Source: Coprothermobacterota bacterium
GTDB lineage: Bacteria; Coprothermobacterota; HKB111
Reading direction: 5' to 3'
NCBI GenBank assembly: GCA_037440465.1
Contig: JBBIUB010000006.1
Span: 1-64,000 of the forward strand
DNA: 64,000 bases
This document shows, piece by piece, positions 60,769 to 64,000 of the stretch (position 1 is the first letter of the stretch; each line of letters opens with the position of its first letter). The translations under genes were made by a program, and so were the position numbers. The notes beneath the pieces were generated by a model that ran no database searches, was not told the DNA's origin, and saw only the letters and a list, made by a program, of their open reading frames with translations.

Positions 60769-61461
60769 TTAGTCATCAGATTTTTTGAATAAGGGTAAAT
60801 CCCAGGTTTTATCTTCTTTTTGAGTAAGAGCCTTTTTAGCCTCTTCTAAATCGGCAAGAAATAGTTCAAAACTTCTATCGTAACCCTTTCCCTTTTGTCT
60901 TAAGACATAAGCCGGATGAAATGTAGGAATGACTTTGATTCCTTTATAGGAGAACCATTTGCCTCTATCCTGAGTGATGGTGGAAAAGGCTTTACCCAGA
61001 AGGGAAGAAGCAGATGGAGAACCCAGAGCAATGATGATTCTGGGAGAGACCAGCTCCATCTCTTTTTGAAGGATGGGCGCACAGGCTTTTATCTCTTCAG
61101 ACTTAGGTGGACGATTGACTTTTTTAGTGCCTACCTTTTCAAAAGCTCTGCATTTAACCACATTACTTATCCAAACGGATCCTCTATCTATCCCCAACTT
61201 GTTTAAAGAGTAGGTGAGAAGCTCCCCGGCTCTACCTACAAAAGGACGCCCTTCCTTATCTTCCTGTTCTCCAGGCCCTTCACCAACAAACATGAGGTCA
61301 GCAGGAAATTGTCCCTCCCCTACTACTGCCTGGAGGCGACTATAGCCCAGATTGCACTTCTGACAAGCTTCAGCCTCTTTTCTGAGTTCTTCAATAGTAA
61401 TGGTGGTATCTCTACTTTCTTTACGAAAATCAAAAAGACCCTTCTGTCGAAAATCACTCAT
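60769..61461 (-). CDS. Uracil-DNA glycosylase family 4
   Basis: C..C.L, VGEGPG..ED..GRPFVG.AG, NVVKCR, TFHPAY.LR. Confidence 0.9.
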   Translation of the reverse strand: MSDFRQKGLFDFRKESRDTTITIEELRKEAEACQKCNLGYSRLQAVVGEGQFPADLMFVGEGPGEQEDKEGRPFVGRAGELLTYSLNKLGIDRGSVWISNVVKCRAFEKVGTKKVNRPPKSEEIKACAPILQKEMELVSPRIIIALGSPSASSLLGKAFSTITQDRGKWFSYKGIKVIPTFHPAYVLRQKGKGYDRSFELFLADLEEAKKALTQKEDKTWDLPLFKKSDD

Positions 61462-61556
61462 CTGTTCTCATCCTTTCTATTTACTAACTGGAAAATTTTA
61501 CTACTAACTTAGAATAGAGATGGCTTACTATAAAATATGCTATCTGTCTTACTTAC

Positions 61557-62852
61557 CTATCTTATTTTCAATACCTTTCTGTAGCCTTCTATGTCCATGA
61601 ATCCGTGCCCGGATATATTAAAAGCGATAACCTTATTCTCCCCGGTTTTCTTGCATTTTAGTGCTTCATCAATGGCTGCTGCGATACTATAAGCCGATTC
61701 TGGAGCAGGTAAAAACCCTTCGGTTTGAATGAATATTTTAGCCTTATTAAATACCTCTCTTTCGTCTATTGGATAGGCTACGGTGTCTATATAACCTAAA
61801 TGCCTTAATAGGCTTAGTACTGGAGCAGCCCCGTGGTATCTCAAGCCATCGCCCTTGATTGGTGGGAATTCACCTTTATGTCCCAGGGTGCACATCTTTA
61901 AAAGAGGGGTCATTTCAGAATGGTCAGCAAAATCATACTTATACTCACCCTGCAGGTTGGGTGCAGACTGACTCTGGGCAGCAATGAATTTTATCTTTCT
62001 CCTTCCGGTAACAACCTCACCAAGGAAGGGAAGTGTGAATCCACCAAAATTAGAACCACCACCCAGGCAGGAGACCATAACATCTGGATATTCACCAATC
62101 TTTTCAAACTGCTTCTGGGTCTCCAATCCGATGATGGTTTGATGCATCAGGACATGATTCAAAACTGAACCAAGGCAGTAGACAGCCTTAGGGTCATTCA
62201 TAGCATCTTCCATACCTTCTGATATGGCAATGGCTAAAGAACCAGGATGTTTTTTGTTCTTGTCATAAAGCTCTTTTCCCACTTTGGTGTGTGGAGAAGG
62301 AGAGGCATAGACCTTTGCCCCGTAGAGTTCCATGAAGTTTCTTCTGTCTCTTTTCCAGGAGTAGACAGCCCTAACCCAATATACTGTGCACCTGAGACCA
62401 ACAATACTCGCTGCGTAAGATAGAGCTGTGCCCCACTGTCCAGCCCCTGTTTCTGTAGTTAATCGTTCATAACCTTCCTTTTTGGCATAAAATGCTTGAG
62501 CTAATGCTGTATTAACCTTGTGAGAACCAGTGGGTGAGTAGAATTCTCCTTTATAATAAAGGCGCGCAGGAGTCTCCAGATACCTTTCTAAGTTTATCGC
62601 CCTAAAAAGTGGTCTTGGTCTACCAGATTGGGCATAAAGCTCCAACAACTCCGGAGGAATGCCAATAAATCGCTGGCTGGACATCTCCTGATTGAGACAC
62701 TCTTTTACCAGTATCCTGGAGAGATTTTCCAGTCTTGATGGTCCTTCTTCGGGGTCTTTGGGAGGTGGCAAAGGTTCAGGAAGATCGGGAATTATGTTGT
62801 ACCACCTGGTTGGTATCTCATTAACAGATAGATTAGTCTGTCTTATCGACAT
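61557..62852 (-). CDS. trpB2: TrpB2 (stand-alone tryptophan synthase beta-like PLP enzyme)
   Basis: WYNI.PDLP.PLPPP, SPTGSHKVN, TETGAGQWG, GSLAIAISE, GGGSNFGG, GLRYHG, PAPES, SGHG. Confidence 0.88.
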   Translation of the reverse strand: MSIRQTNLSVNEIPTRWYNIIPDLPEPLPPPKDPEEGPSRLENLSRILVKECLNQEMSSQRFIGIPPELLELYAQSGRPRPLFRAINLERYLETPARLYYKGEFYSPTGSHKVNTALAQAFYAKKEGYERLTTETGAGQWGTALSYAASIVGLRCTVYWVRAVYSWKRDRRNFMELYGAKVYASPSPHTKVGKELYDKNKKHPGSLAIAISEGMEDAMNDPKAVYCLGSVLNHVLMHQTIIGLETQKQFEKIGEYPDVMVSCLGGGSNFGGFTLPFLGEVVTGRRKIKFIAAQSQSAPNLQGEYKYDFADHSEMTPLLKMCTLGHKGEFPPIKGDGLRYHGAAPVLSLLRHLGYIDTVAYPIDEREVFNKAKIFIQTEGFLPAPESAYSIAAAIDEALKCKKTGENKVIAFNISGHGFMDIEGYRKVLKIR

Positions 62853-62988
62853 ATTGCCTCCTTTTAAATTTTAGTTTCCGTTAAATTATACACCCCCCTT
62901 TATTTTTTAAACTCCTTTTCATAATCCACCATTTTATGACAAAGCCGTTTAAGGAGGTCATTTATGAGATATAGACAGCATAAAAACT

Positions 62989-63291
62989 ATGGATAAGAAA
63001 TTTAACGAGGCAAAGGGTTTTTATTTAGTTATTATTATATCTTTAATAATTGGCATGCTTATTAATTTTGTTGGAATAAGCCCTGTTAAAGCACTTATAT
63101 ATACTGCTGTCCTGTATGGCATAATTACCCCTCCTCTTATGGTAGTTATTCTTCATATATGCAACAATAAAAAGGTGATGAGAAAGTTCACTAATAGTAT
63201 ATGGTCAAATATCCTTGGAGGCATAACACTGGTTTTGATGACCTTTGCAGTAATTTTATTGGTATATCTGCAATTTACAAGACAAAGCTAG
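62989..63291 (+). pseudogene. C-terminal fragment of NRAMP-family divalent metal transporter
   Basis: DKKF.EAKGFY.VI, P.KALIY.AVL.G...P, NNKKVM match only the last three TMs of the family. The upstream RBS and ATG are in another frame. Confidence 0.65.
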
Positions 63292-63406
63292 GTAAATCCG
63301 CTTATAGAATTAGTTGGAACTGTGTTTCATTTAATATATGCAAAAACATGTTAAAATAATAAAAATATGTGGTTTTCAAAGGCATGAATAGAAAGGAGGC
63401 GAGGTA

Positions 63407-64000
63407 ATGACCGTACAGAGTAAGTTATTTTTTATGAAACCCAAATGGTTTACCCGTAGAGAACGCCTCAGATTTGCCCGTGATTTTCACAGAAGAATCA
63501 AAGATATGTTCAGTGAAAACCTGGTGGCAGTGGGGATTTATGGCTCTGTTGCCAGACACAAAGATCAACCCTACTCTGATTTGGAAATGCTGGCTATCCT
63601 TAAAAAGCCCTATCCTCACCATGCTTTTGAGGGTATATATAGAGGTTTGAAGTATGAGGTAAACTTTTATACCAGAGCTGAGATGAGAAAGGAAATATCA
63701 ACTATTGATATTGACTGGCCAGTTAAGGTGGGGCAGTATCTTAAAGTACTACCAATATATGACCCAAGGAATGTTTTTGATAATATAGCCCGTGAATATG
63801 AAAAAATAATAAAAAAAGATTTCAAACCTTACATAGCAGAAGCTTTTTACTGCGATGTATTTGAGCTCTTCAGCAAATTCTTTAACGCCAGAGAAAAAAG
63901 AGAACACAAGTCTGTTAGATATCTTGCCTTTATGATTTGCGATAGTGTTAGTAAGCTGCTCGGACTTATCAACAAAAAATGTTTCTACAGCATTACTGAC
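63407..64000 (+). CDS. Kanamycin nucleotidyltransferase ANT(4')-I-like protein (runs off the window end)
   Basis: Absent from the ORF track. After AAGGAGG it reads MTVQSKLFFMKPKWFTRRERL...VGIYGSVARHKDQPYSDLEM...YEVNF...DWP...LPIYD..., open to base 64000. Confidence 0.75.
   Translation, partial: MTVQSKLFFMKPKWFTRRERLRFARDFHRRIKDMFSENLVAVGIYGSVARHKDQPYSDLEMLAILKKPYPHHAFEGIYRGLKYEVNFYTRAEMRKEISTIDIDWPVKVGQYLKVLPIYDPRNVFDNIAREYEKIIKKDFKPYIAEAFYCDVFELFSKFFNAREKREHKSVRYLAFMICDSVSKLLGLINKKCFYSITD

Noticed and set aside
1665..63622. The many short ORFs in the track that overlap assigned genes on the opposite strand or in another frame
   Set aside because: Shadow ORFs of well-supported genes, with no RBS or recognisable motifs.

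Overview
A 64-kb, AT-rich bacterial chromosome segment, apparently from an anaerobe that ferments peptides, amino acids and glycerol. Phylum cannot be assigned from the sequence alone. It carries several peptidases (two M20, M42, M28/DUF4910, PfpI), rocD, an ornithine/alanine racemase, a tungsten aldehyde:ferredoxin oxidoreductase cluster (AOR, two MoaD-like proteins, radical SAM/SPASM maturase), a CsoR-family repressor with a P1B ATPase, a glycerol/dihydroxyacetone operon ending in a DhaM-HPr-EI fusion, thiC, trpB2, tRNA-Glu and several decayed genes (FAU-1, MNT-HEPN, NRAMP). The most notable candidate system is at 28.2-39.0 kb (minus strand). An ECF sigma factor is followed directly by a 2176-aa alpha-2-macroglobulin whose N-terminus looks like a cytoplasmic anti-sigma segment plus one TM helix, then by pbpC and two secreted OB-fold paralogues, with ECF-type promoter motifs inside the locus. 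Also seen: a shared TACTGCAAC-N17-CGTA promoter linking a second ECF sigma to a pspC operon, several genes that appear to start at ATT/ATC/CTG, an ANT(4')-like gene running off the right edge, and several families of short dispersed repeats. All family assignments come from motif recognition by eye, not database searches. Where my start differs from the ORF track, it was re-called from the ribosome-binding site.
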